From IMG/VR virus record IMGVR_UViG_2671180568_000004: 54,958 nt of DNA. One strand, given 5' to 3'. A program made the translations under genes and the position numbers. Below the pieces are notes generated by a model. It ran no database searches. It worked only from the letters and a program-made list of their open reading frames with translations, and had not been told where the DNA came from. Source of the stretch: a virus (taxonomy: Duplodnaviria; Heunggongvirae; Uroviricota; Caudoviricetes). Numbering within the stretch: the stretch's first letter is position 1; every line of letters starts with the position of its first letter. Shown here piece by piece: positions 9,611 through 18,210 of the stretch.

Positions 9611-10291
9611 TTATCCCTGTCGCCCGATAACCACGACCGTTCCGCCCCCGCCTTCATCACGGGTGCTGATGTCCTGGGATATACGGCGGGAGCCAACCAG
9701 CATTTCCCCGTAAGGCACCGGCATCGGGTTCCCCTGGGCAATCATGTTATCCAGCGAGGAAAAGTACGTGTTCTGTCTGCCGTTATCCGTTGCGCGGTAA
9801 TCCGGTGTTTTTGCCTTCGGGGCCAGCATCTGGGCCACACCGCCCAGAATCATGCTGGCTCCAAGTGAAAACAGCATCGTGGTGGCAGAAAAACCACCGG
9901 CTGCCAGGGCTGAACCCCATAACGCCATTGATGCCCCGGCAGTGAAGAAAGAGCCCACGATGGCTGCCGCCCCCAGCACAATCTGCAGTCCACCCTTTCC
10001 GGCCCCGGCCAGTCGCGGCACAATATGGATGACCGTTCCCTCACCCAGCTGTTCGTGAAGACGGGCGTACACCGCCTCCGGTGCCGTGTCATAACCGGCA
10101 ATACGTATCTGGTACCAGCCTTCGTTCATCTGACGGCGAAAGCCCGGCACCTGTAACGACAGCGCCCGGATGGCTTCCGCTGCCGTGTTCACATACAGGC
10201 TGAGGCGGCGGCCAAATCGTTGTAAATCCCCGTGAAGGCAGATGCGTGCCAGTGGCGGTGACGCCAGACAGAATGCGTTCGTCGTTGCCAT
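9611..10291 (-). CDS. I: tail assembly protein I
   Basis: 226 aa; MATTNAFCLASPPLARICLHGDLQRFGRR...NTYFSSLDNM.AQGN resembles lambda I. Confidence 0.85.
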   Translation of the reverse strand: MATTNAFCLASPPLARICLHGDLQRFGRRLSLYVNTAAEAIRALSLQVPGFRRQMNEGWYQIRIAGYDTAPEAVYARLHEQLGEGTVIHIVPRLAGAGKGGLQIVLGAAAIVGSFFTAGASMALWGSALAAGGFSATTMLFSLGASMILGGVAQMLAPKAKTPDYRATDNGRQNTYFSSLDNMIAQGNPMPVPYGEMLVGSRRISQDISTRDEGGGGTVVVIGRQG

Positions 10292-10932
10292 TTTTCGGAA
10301 TACCTCTCCCGTTTACTCAGTTGTTCAGGCAGATGGTGAAGCAGCTCACCGTTGCCGCAGTAAATGGCGGCATGGTTCGGTACCGAAGCACCAAAGCAGC
10401 ACAGCAGAATATCGCCCGCCTGTGCAGAGGACAGGGGCACCCGGTAAAAGCCGGTGACCGCCATATTGTCCAGGTACAGGTTCTGGCCGTTGCGCCACCA
10501 GTCATCCTCGCGATGAAAATCCGGCATATCAATTCCCGCCAGATGGTATGCATCCCGGAACAGCGTGTAACAGTCCGTCACCCCGTGCTCAAAGCGCCGT
10601 CCTGTCAGATGTGGCACACAGCGGAATTTATGAATTTCCCCCCGGCAGACCAGCCACCAGGGTAGTGCGCTTTTTATCTGCAGCCGCCGGTCAGCCTCGC
10701 TCAGCCAGGGCAGCTCACCGGGATGACTGTGGACCAGTGCCACAATCTCCCCCTGCATCTCTGCCCGCAGCCAGTCTTCCGGTGCGATACGAAAATACGC
10801 CTCCGGCTCTGCGGAAATATTCACACAAGGGATATACCGCTCCCCCTCCGGCGTGCTTATCACGAAGCCGCACGACTCCGCAGGCGCACACCGCCGGGCA
10901 TGCGCCAGAATCGCTGATTCAGTCTGTGTCAT
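10189..10932 (-). CDS. K: tail tip assembly protein K (JAB/MPN plus NlpC/P60 domains)
   Basis: starts MTQTESAILAHARRCAPAESCGFV (ATG at 10930..10932); HSHPG...SEAD JAMM-like motif; C-terminal Cys/His NlpC-like region; overlaps I by 103 nt in another frame. Confidence 0.8.
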   Translation of the reverse strand: MTQTESAILAHARRCAPAESCGFVISTPEGERYIPCVNISAEPEAYFRIAPEDWLRAEMQGEIVALVHSHPGELPWLSEADRRLQIKSALPWWLVCRGEIHKFRCVPHLTGRRFEHGVTDCYTLFRDAYHLAGIDMPDFHREDDWWRNGQNLYLDNMAVTGFYRVPLSSAQAGDILLCCFGASVPNHAAIYCGNGELLHHLPEQLSKRERYSEKWQRRTHSVWRHRHWHASAFTGIYNDLAAASACM

Positions 10933-10942
10933 AAACCGGGAT

Positions 10943-11641
10943 TTACTGCGAAAGTTTATTAATGGAAAGGAAACCGCCAAAATTGCCGACATTCCTGCGC
11001 AGTTCACACCCGCGCATGCACTTGCTGCATCTGTCCTTACGGATATCCGTGGTGGGTTTATCGAACTCATCCGCCACAGCCCCGCCCGTGTAACCACACT
11101 CATCAGAGCGGTAGGTCCACATACAGGTGTTCGCCAGCATGATACGACCGGGAAACTGCGCTCCGTCCGTCTCGGTCGGTGTGGCCAGCACAAACGAGGC
11201 CGTCATGGCTGTCAGCTGCGACATCTGCTCCACCACCCAGCGGTCGCTCAGCTCCTGCTCCGGGTCCGCTTCCGGATTGCCCGCCACAAAATTCACCGCA
11301 TCCAGAAAACGGGCATACACCCGGCGGCGGACCACCGTGGCCCCCACCAGACTCTGCAGGTCTTCCGCCATCCCGGTGACAAGGCCGAACAGATTGGACA
11401 CCGTCAGCGACGGTCTGGCACTGCTGCCTTTCCCGTTCATTTCAAAGCCGCTGCCATCAATCGGGTACGCCTCATACTTACGCCCCTGCCAGGTGACCGG
11501 CTCCCCTTTTTCATTCAGCTCATTACAGAAAAAATACCGCTCACCGCCCTGTACCGTCAGGTCGATTTCCCAGAGTACCACCCGCGGTGACTGCTCTGAT
11601 TTAACCGACTCGTTCAGACTTTCTTCGTGAATATCCTGCAT
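10943..11641 (-). CDS. L: minor tail protein L
   Basis: 232 aa; ends NVGNFGGFLSINKLSQ as in lambda L. Confidence 0.9.
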   Translation of the reverse strand: MQDIHEESLNESVKSEQSPRVVLWEIDLTVQGGERYFFCNELNEKGEPVTWQGRKYEAYPIDGSGFEMNGKGSSARPSLTVSNLFGLVTGMAEDLQSLVGATVVRRRVYARFLDAVNFVAGNPEADPEQELSDRWVVEQMSQLTAMTASFVLATPTETDGAQFPGRIMLANTCMWTYRSDECGYTGGAVADEFDKPTTDIRKDRCSKCMRGCELRRNVGNFGGFLSINKLSQ

Positions 11642-11982
11642 CAGTTCACCACCTGCTCAATCGTACAACTGAAATCACTGTACCTGGCGTTATCTGTGAC
11701 GCTCCACTCCCGGCATACCACCCTCACCGTCCGGTTATGTTTCGGCGGTCGCCACAAAAAGGCACGGTAACCACCATGCCACGATAAAAACTCTTCCAGC
11801 CATCGCCGGGTCGCCTCATCCGTCACCCGGAACACCGCCTGAAACGTCTTCAGTCGGGCATTAAGTCCCGTCGGGCGGCGCTGTTCATAACCGTCACCAA
11901 ACCGTACCCTCGCCACCGACGGTTTCTCACTCACCTGCATCCCTTCACGCGGGACCAGATGCAGCGTTTTTATCTCAGCCAC
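11641..11982 (-). CDS. M: minor tail protein M
   Basis: 113 aa; VRFGDGYEQRRP...EFLSWHGGYRAFLW resembles lambda M. Confidence 0.85.
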   Translation of the reverse strand: MAEIKTLHLVPREGMQVSEKPSVARVRFGDGYEQRRPTGLNARLKTFQAVFRVTDEATRRWLEEFLSWHGGYRAFLWRPPKHNRTVRVVCREWSVTDNARYSDFSCTIEQVVN

Positions 11983-14900
11983 TCAGCATTCCTCCGTCAC
12001 GTCGCATGGACAGCATCACCGCCTGCACCCGCTGGTCAATCAGTTGCACAAGGCTGCCCGCAGCTTCCGGCCCTATCTGGCCATTAGTCCCGTCATTCTG
12101 AATGGCGATATGGTAGACCGGGGAATACACCAGACCTGCACTGCCGTTCATACTGCCCACCGCTCGCACACCCAGCGAGCCATCCGCCGCCCGGGTCAGG
12201 GGCATAATGGCTTCAGGACCGGCCTCCCCCATCAGTCCCGCCCCTTTTGCAAAGGCAAAGTACGTGGGCGTATCCACAATACTGTTGCTGTACGCACTCA
12301 GGTTTGCCGAGGTATACACCCCGCCTTTTGCATTGGCCACCGCACCGCCCAGCCAGCTACCAATACTGCCGATAAATCCTCCCGCTCCGGACATACTGTT
12401 TGCCGCCGTCTTGATCCCGTTGACAATCGCGGCATTCATAAGAACTTTTGATATTTCCTGCAGCACTGATGAGGCCCAGCTGCGCCATTCCACTTTATTT
12501 CCGTTCAGCATCTCCGTGATGTTATTCACCATCCCTGAGATACCCTCCGTCGCCAGCTGTGCTGCCTGTGAGGCGTAATCGGACGCATTATCCACCCAGT
12601 TACTGAATCCCTCCTGCAGCCCTTTCTGCCAGTCCGCACGCTGCACATCCGATTCGGCATAAAAGGCTTCCTGCTCTTTCAGACGTTCACTCAGATACTG
12701 CGCGTTCTGTGCCAGAGCCTGTCTGTAAAAATCCTCACTGATATCCCCGGTCTGATACTGAGACTGAAGGTCCGCATCCTTCTGGCGGAAACTGTCGCGG
12801 ATCTGCTGCAACTCCCGCATGCGTTCACGGAGCCGCTCTCCCTGCCCGTACCCCAGCAGTTCCGCTTCATTTGATGCACGCGCAGCCACATTATCATTCT
12901 TCAGGGTCTCTTCCCGGGACCGCAACTGCTCCCGGATTTTTTGCTGGTCAATCAGGGCCGCATTGCGCAGCAGTTCCTGCTTCTGCATCTCCGTCAGGGT
13001 TTTCAGTTCGCCCTGCGCAGTCTGGTATTTCAGCTTCGCCAGCTCTGTATTCTGCCCCGCAAGTGCCAATTGCTCTTTCTGCTGCTTCAGCAGCCGGGAA
13101 AAACTGTCTTCCGCTTTTTCCGTCTCTGATTTTCCACCCCGGGATTTGGGTTTATTCGCCTCGTTATTGCGCCAGGCTTCCAGGGCATTACTGATATAAC
13201 GTTGTCTCGCCTCCTGATACGGTTCACCCACAAAACCGAGGTCATCCGCCGCATACCCCAGTCGGACACGCTCTTTTTCTTCCCCTTTCAGTCTGGACAG
13301 GGCCAGCTCACGCTCTGTTTTTGTCAGGGCACTCTGCTGTTTATCATCCAGAGTGGCCTGTGGCAGCCGTAACGGCACATTCACCAGTCCCTGCCGCTGC
13401 TGAAGCAGTTCATTACCCAGCCCCAGCAGACGGTTGAATTCCGTATGCTGACCGTTCATAACCAGCATGGACTGGTACACCTTATTCTGCTCTGCCGCCT
13501 GCTGACGAATTAACGCCACACGACGGTCTTCCAGCCCGGCAAGCACATCCTGAATGGACTGCGCTTTTTCCTGCATCTGTGCCAGACGGGACTGCTCAAC
13601 GGCAAGCTGCTCTGTTGCCTGAGAAAGCCCTTCCGTCACGGTCTTCACCGATGTCAGATGGTTTATCATGAATCCGTCACCGGTTGTCCAGCCAGGGTTA
13701 GCCAGAACATACTGATATCCAGCGATTTTTTCCTGCAGGGATTTCACCCGGCTGGCCTGTTCATCAATCAGCCGGTTCTGCTCTGCCAGCGCCGCCCGTG
13801 TTCGTCCTTCATTATCTGAGGCTTCAGGCAAAGACATTGACGGCGTTTTATGCGCGATTTCATCTATCGTCAGTGCATACTGGCGCGCTGACTCCCTGGC
13901 CTGCTCCTGATTCTGGTACAGCGTATACCATGCTGCTGCCCCCAGCATCACCAGTCCGGGTACGCCACCAACCAGTCCCAACGCACCAGTCATCAGACGT
14001 GAGCCCACCGCCGTTGTACTGTTCAGCGCATTCTGGGCTGCGGTTCTGGCAGCAATATTTCTGTTCAGGCGTTCCTGTGTGGCCGCCAGACGGGCTTCTG
14101 CAGCAATCTGCATCTCCGTCCCGCGGGCTGCCGCCACAGCCTGCTGTGCACGGTACACGGCTGCCCTTGCCCGCGCCGTGGCAATCTGCGTCCCCCTGAG
14201 CTGTGCTTCCGCCAGTGCCACTTCATTACGTGCTGCCGTCACAAGTCCTGCCGTGGCAGACACCGCTCCGGAGGCCATATTGCCAAAGTACCGGGCAACC
14301 CCGACGGCAACCAGCGCCCCCGCGGCTGTTGCCACATTATCAATATTACCGGCAACACCGTTCAGCACGCCGGAGAGCGTTTTCGTCGCTCCGCTGGCTT
14401 CATTCGCGCCACCCACCCAGGCCATAAAGGCGTTTTCCACCTTTGTGATCCCGTCAGAGACCGTTTCCGGCATGGCGGCATATTCATCACGCAATACCCC
14501 CAGCTGGCTGATTAACGCAGGAACGACTTTATCCGCCGTCAGTTTGCCGTCGTCCGCCATCGCCTTAAGGTCTTTACGGGCCACGCCCATACCCGCAGCC
14601 AGTGCACGTACGATCCGGTCTCCGCTTTCATTGACCGAATTAAATTCCTCACCGCGTAACACACCCTGTGCCAGCGCCTGGCTGAACTGGGTGATCACCG
14701 AGCCCGCCTCTGCCGTACTGGCACCGGAGATTTTCAGCCCCGTGGAAATGGCCTCCGTCACCTTCAGCACATCATCAGCACTGTAACCATATTCACGCAT
14801 TGAGGCTGCCGAGCGGGCAAACAGGGCCGCATTATCTGAAAATGCCGTGCCCGTCCGCTGGCTGATATCCATCAGCACTTTCTGTGATGACGAAAATTCA

Positions 14901-15217
14901 TCGGATGACTGCGACGCCTGTTTCAGTCGGGCATTCACGGAACTCCATTCATCGGCCAGAGAAATCAGGTGTCCGGTGGCAAAGGCACCTGCAAATGCCC
15001 CCGCCGTTCCGGCAGCTGAAGCGCGGATTTCCGTCAACTGGCTGTTCAGCTCAGCCAGGGCGCGTCGCTGCTCCCGGGCGACTGCGGCAGCCTGACGCCC
15101 GCCATTCTGCAGGGTCCGGTAATATTCACTGCCCATGCGGGAAGCCCGCTGGATCTCCGACTGGAATGACTGCGAATTTGCCGAAATTTTGATAATCAGT
15201 TCACGTAACGTCGCCAT
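11975..15217 (-). CDS. H: tail tape measure protein
   Basis: 1080 aa; long coiled-coil; sits between G/GT and M. Confidence 0.9.
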   Translation of the reverse strand: MATLRELIIKISANSQSFQSEIQRASRMGSEYYRTLQNGGRQAAAVAREQRRALAELNSQLTEIRASAAGTAGAFAGAFATGHLISLADEWSSVNARLKQASQSSDEFSSSQKVLMDISQRTGTAFSDNAALFARSAASMREYGYSADDVLKVTEAISTGLKISGASTAEAGSVITQFSQALAQGVLRGEEFNSVNESGDRIVRALAAGMGVARKDLKAMADDGKLTADKVVPALISQLGVLRDEYAAMPETVSDGITKVENAFMAWVGGANEASGATKTLSGVLNGVAGNIDNVATAAGALVAVGVARYFGNMASGAVSATAGLVTAARNEVALAEAQLRGTQIATARARAAVYRAQQAVAAARGTEMQIAAEARLAATQERLNRNIAARTAAQNALNSTTAVGSRLMTGALGLVGGVPGLVMLGAAAWYTLYQNQEQARESARQYALTIDEIAHKTPSMSLPEASDNEGRTRAALAEQNRLIDEQASRVKSLQEKIAGYQYVLANPGWTTGDGFMINHLTSVKTVTEGLSQATEQLAVEQSRLAQMQEKAQSIQDVLAGLEDRRVALIRQQAAEQNKVYQSMLVMNGQHTEFNRLLGLGNELLQQRQGLVNVPLRLPQATLDDKQQSALTKTERELALSRLKGEEKERVRLGYAADDLGFVGEPYQEARQRYISNALEAWRNNEANKPKSRGGKSETEKAEDSFSRLLKQQKEQLALAGQNTELAKLKYQTAQGELKTLTEMQKQELLRNAALIDQQKIREQLRSREETLKNDNVAARASNEAELLGYGQGERLRERMRELQQIRDSFRQKDADLQSQYQTGDISEDFYRQALAQNAQYLSERLKEQEAFYAESDVQRADWQKGLQEGFSNWVDNASDYASQAAQLATEGISGMVNNITEMLNGNKVEWRSWASSVLQEISKVLMNAAIVNGIKTAANSMSGAGGFIGSIGSWLGGAVANAKGGVYTSANLSAYSNSIVDTPTYFAFAKGAGLMGEAGPEAIMPLTRAADGSLGVRAVGSMNGSAGLVYSPVYHIAIQNDGTNGQIGPEAAGSLVQLIDQRVQAVMLSMRRDGGMLSG

Positions 15218-15264
15218 TCACCTTTCTCCGGGCGTAAAAAAACCGCCTCAGCGGTTCTCATCAT

Positions 15265-15944
15265 TCATGACTGTGCTGCAAAGCTCAGCGCGTCTTCCAG
15301 CGCCGCAAACGGATCCACCTCCGGCTTATCCTCATCCTCGCCCCAGCAGAGCATGGCGTCCTTCAGTGCAACATTCATCCCCTGTGCCCCAAAAACCGCT
15401 TTCACGATCTGTGCATTACGGATATCCCCGCGCTCATCACCCAGCGGGGATACCCTGTCGAACTCCATCCACATCATCGCCTCGCTCACACTCAGGCTGT
15501 GCCGCAGTTCGGATAAGGTGCGCCCCAGACGGAGCGCAAGTCGCATCAGAAAGCGAATTTCCGGGCGGGCTACTTTTTTCTGGCCGACTCTGCATCAGCG
15601 ATCAGTTCCAGTGCCTGACGCAGCAACCGGGCATGTACCGGACCATAGACGGCCAGCACCTGCTCACGGTCGTCCGGAGCGAACACCCGCTGCAGATCCG
15701 TATCACACAGGACATCGCAGAACAGCGTCACATCCGCTTCCAGGTTACGGCGGGTTTTCGCCACCACCGACAGGGTATCGTCATCCTCTCCATCACCATT
15801 GAGCACTTCCTGCCACAGATACCAGGCCTCTGCCGAAGGCTCCCGCAGCACCACGCTGACATTACCCCATTCCGGCACCTTCACCGTTTTATGACGAAAC
15901 CCTGACAGTCTGGCCAGCGCCAGCGTTTTCAGATCCTTTTTCAT
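15265..15944 (-). CDS. GT: tail assembly chaperone G-T fusion made by programmed -1 frameshift
   Basis: G frame ends ...GCC AGA AAA AAG TAG; -1 slip at A_AAA_AAG continues in frame into ORF 15265..15546 (MRLALRLGRT...). Confidence 0.7.
15570..15944 (-). CDS. G: tail assembly chaperone G
   Basis: ATG (MKKDLKTL) with AAGGGGA RBS; lies between V and H. Confidence 0.75.
   Translation of the reverse strand: MKKDLKTLALARLSGFRHKTVKVPEWGNVSVVLREPSAEAWYLWQEVLNGDGEDDDTLSVVAKTRRNLEADVTLFCDVLCDTDLQRVFAPDDREQVLAVYGPVHARLLRQALELIADAESARKK
15573..15579 (-). promoter_or_regulatory. slippery heptamer A_AAA_AAG (programmed -1 frameshift site)
   Basis: read directly at the 3' end of G, immediately before its TAG. 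Confidence 0.7.
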
Positions 15945-15958
15945 GATGACCCATCCCC

Positions 15959-16675
15959 TTATCCGGCGGCTGCGCTCACTGTCACGGTGCATTCAACAGA
16001 CGTCACACTCTGTGCTTTCTCTGCCGAATCGGTCACCACGCAGGTATATTTCCCCGCATCAGCGGACTGCGCACCTGGCTTACTGAAGGTGTCTGTCGTC
16101 TGCCCGTCAACCGGCTGACCATCCTTCTTCCAGGCGTATTTATACGGCGGCGTTCCCCCGTTGGCACTGACTGACATTGTCAGCAGCGCACCTGTATTCA
16201 CGGTAAGTGTTTTATCCAGATTTTTCACAAACGCCAGCGGTACCACAAAGGACACCGGTTTGCCTTTCATACGCAGTGAAAACGTTGCTGCCACCACGCC
16301 GTTGGTACCGGATGACCAGGTGTGCTGACGCACTTCCGCCAGGAACTTAAAGCCCTTACCGGACGGAAACAGCACCTTAAACGCATACAACGCGTCATTG
16401 TCATAGGCATCACGCAGGGCGTTCTGGGCCTGATTCAGATAAAAATTACCCGACATGGAAATCTCAGACGACGCCCCCAGACCGTTGATGTTCTCCTGCT
16501 CGGTGGAGCAGAGCGTGGTCACATCAATATCCTGTTTCTGACCGGCGGTGAACTGGACTTCCTTGATGGTGCAATCCAGGCGCAGATATTCCGCCTTATC
16601 CATAGTTTCAGCAGTCGCCGGGGCAGATGAAATCATCACCTGCGTCAGCTGTGAGCGTTCATACAAAGCAGACAT
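15959..16675 (-). CDS. V: major tail protein with C-terminal Ig-like (Big_2-type) domain
   Basis: ATG at 16673..16675 (MSALYERSQ) with AGGAGG RBS; C-terminal GTPPYKYAWKKDG...GKYTCVVTD Ig-like motif. Confidence 0.85.
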   Translation of the reverse strand: MSALYERSQLTQVMISSAPATAETMDKAEYLRLDCTIKEVQFTAGQKQDIDVTTLCSTEQENINGLGASSEISMSGNFYLNQAQNALRDAYDNDALYAFKVLFPSGKGFKFLAEVRQHTWSSGTNGVVAATFSLRMKGKPVSFVVPLAFVKNLDKTLTVNTGALLTMSVSANGGTPPYKYAWKKDGQPVDGQTTDTFSKPGAQSADAGKYTCVVTDSAEKAQSVTSVECTVTVSAAAG

Positions 16676-16739
16676 TCTGCCTCCTGATAATAAAAAACCC
16701 GCACGCGGCGGGGTATGGTTTTGTAGAAAAAAGAAAAAG

Positions 16740-17084
16740 TCACACCGTGACCTGAAACTCCAGGGTTGCACGGTAACAGCGGTTTTCCGGAATATAGTCC
16801 TGCATTTCACTGACGGATCCCGGGGCCAGCAGCATTATGGCTTCACGGGCGTCCTGACGTATCTGACGCGCCTGCGTCACAGTCCCGGCATAAACGTCTA
16901 TCTGCACCGACACTGAGGACTCCGCCTGCCCGCCCATCACGTCCGCTGACACCGATGAAATCAGGCTGAAAACCACCCACGGAAGCGCCACCGACGGCCT
17001 GCCATCCAGCAGGGGGACCACATACGGGTACACCTGCCCGCCGGCAAGATGCGCCAGATGAGGATACAAATCCGCCTCCGTCAT
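16740..17084 (-). CDS. putative tail terminator / tail completion protein
   Basis: 114 aa; position between neck proteins and the major tail gene; family assignment uncertain. Confidence 0.45.
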   Translation of the reverse strand: MTEADLYPHLAHLAGGQVYPYVVPLLDGRPSVALPWVVFSLISSVSADVMGGQAESSVSVQIDVYAGTVTQARQIRQDAREAIMLLAPGSVSEMQDYIPENRCYRATLEFQVTV

Positions 17085-17527
17085 CGTCTCAGTACCTCAT
17101 CAATGGCCCGGTTCATCCGCGCAATCGCCACCTGAGCTGCCTGTTCACTGCGCACATCAAACGCCGGGCGCACAAACGGGTGCGGTGGCATATTCACAGT
17201 CCCCATTTCCACAAACCGCCAGTAGAAAGCATTGCGCGGGTTATCCGCCTTCATAGTGTTATCGCTGTTACCGGTGTCCGGATTAACACCACGGATATGG
17301 ACACCGGATTCCATCCCGCCATCGCGGGAGCGCCGGGAAAGGATCACCACATTGCGGCGCAGTTTTCCCCTGCGTACCGGTGCCCGTGACACCACTTCTT
17401 CTTTCAGCACATTCGCACCCGCACGGGTTGCCTCACGCAGCACCCGGTTATTTTCCGCACCACTCAGAAGCTGCAAATCGCGGCTGATGTCCTCCAGCCC
17501 CGAAAAATCCAGCAGGGTTTCGATCAT
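17081..17527 (-). CDS. HK97 gp10-family neck/tail component
   Basis: 148 aa; NAFYWRFVEMGT motif typical of the gp10 family (recollection). Confidence 0.6.
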   Translation of the reverse strand: MIETLLDFSGLEDISRDLQLLSGAENNRVLREATRAGANVLKEEVVSRAPVRRGKLRRNVVILSRRSRDGGMESGVHIRGVNPDTGNSDNTMKADNPRNAFYWRFVEMGTVNMPPHPFVRPAFDVRSEQAAQVAIARMNRAIDEVLRR

Positions 17528-17874
17528 TTTTCCCCTCCCAGCCGACAGAGAATTTCCAGACGCCCGCCGGTCGCATCCGGCACGGGCAGCCCGACAACGT
17601 TCAGGATCCGGTCACGCCATGGACCACTCAGCACATGAAGTCGTGACGCTGCCGTGATTTCCCGACCGGACTGACCGCGCACCCAGATGCGGATTTCCGC
17701 CTGCGCCATTTCCGCACCGGACTGCATCCGCTCCCGGCTGCTCCTGCCACGGATATCCGCATGAATTTTCCCGCATGACACCCATTCTTCCGTCATTTCT
17801 CCGGCAGCGTTACGGGTTAACACCGGATTCAGAACACTTATCATCTGTGTCAGACGACCTGCAGATATTGCCAT
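17524..17874 (-). CDS. head-tail adaptor / head closure protein
   Basis: 116 aa; position and size. Confidence 0.55.
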   Translation of the reverse strand: MAISAGRLTQMISVLNPVLTRNAAGEMTEEWVSCGKIHADIRGRSSRERMQSGAEMAQAEIRIWVRGQSGREITAASRLHVLSGPWRDRILNVVGLPVPDATGGRLEILCRLGGEK

Positions 17875-17883
17875 TCCCCCTCC

Positions 17884-18210
17884 TCATAACACCGTCGGAC
17901 AACGCAAATCGTAAATCAGCACGGAAACAGAAAACGGCAGCTCCCCCTGAAGCAGTTCTTCCCGCTCCGCAAGATCCGGATTCCGGTACAGCATCCCGGT
18001 CAGTCGCATGGCAGCCCCCTTCATCCGGGTTAATGCCTCGCCCGGGATCAGTTCACCGTCCTCACGGATCACTTTATCCCGGCTGCCCTGAATGTAGGCC
18101 AGCAGCACGGCGGTAGCCTGACAAACCTTGTCCATCAGCATGTCATCATCCGCGTCATGGTCGACACGCAGATGTGCCTTGATCTCTTCCAGTGTCAGTA
18201 ATGCCGTCAT
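17884..18210 (-). CDS. gp6-like head-tail connector
   Basis: 108 aa; immediately downstream of portal. Confidence 0.55.
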   Translation of the reverse strand: MTALLTLEEIKAHLRVDHDADDDMLMDKVCQATAVLLAYIQGSRDKVIREDGELIPGEALTRMKGAAMRLTGMLYRNPDLAEREELLQGELPFSVSVLIYDLRCPTVL

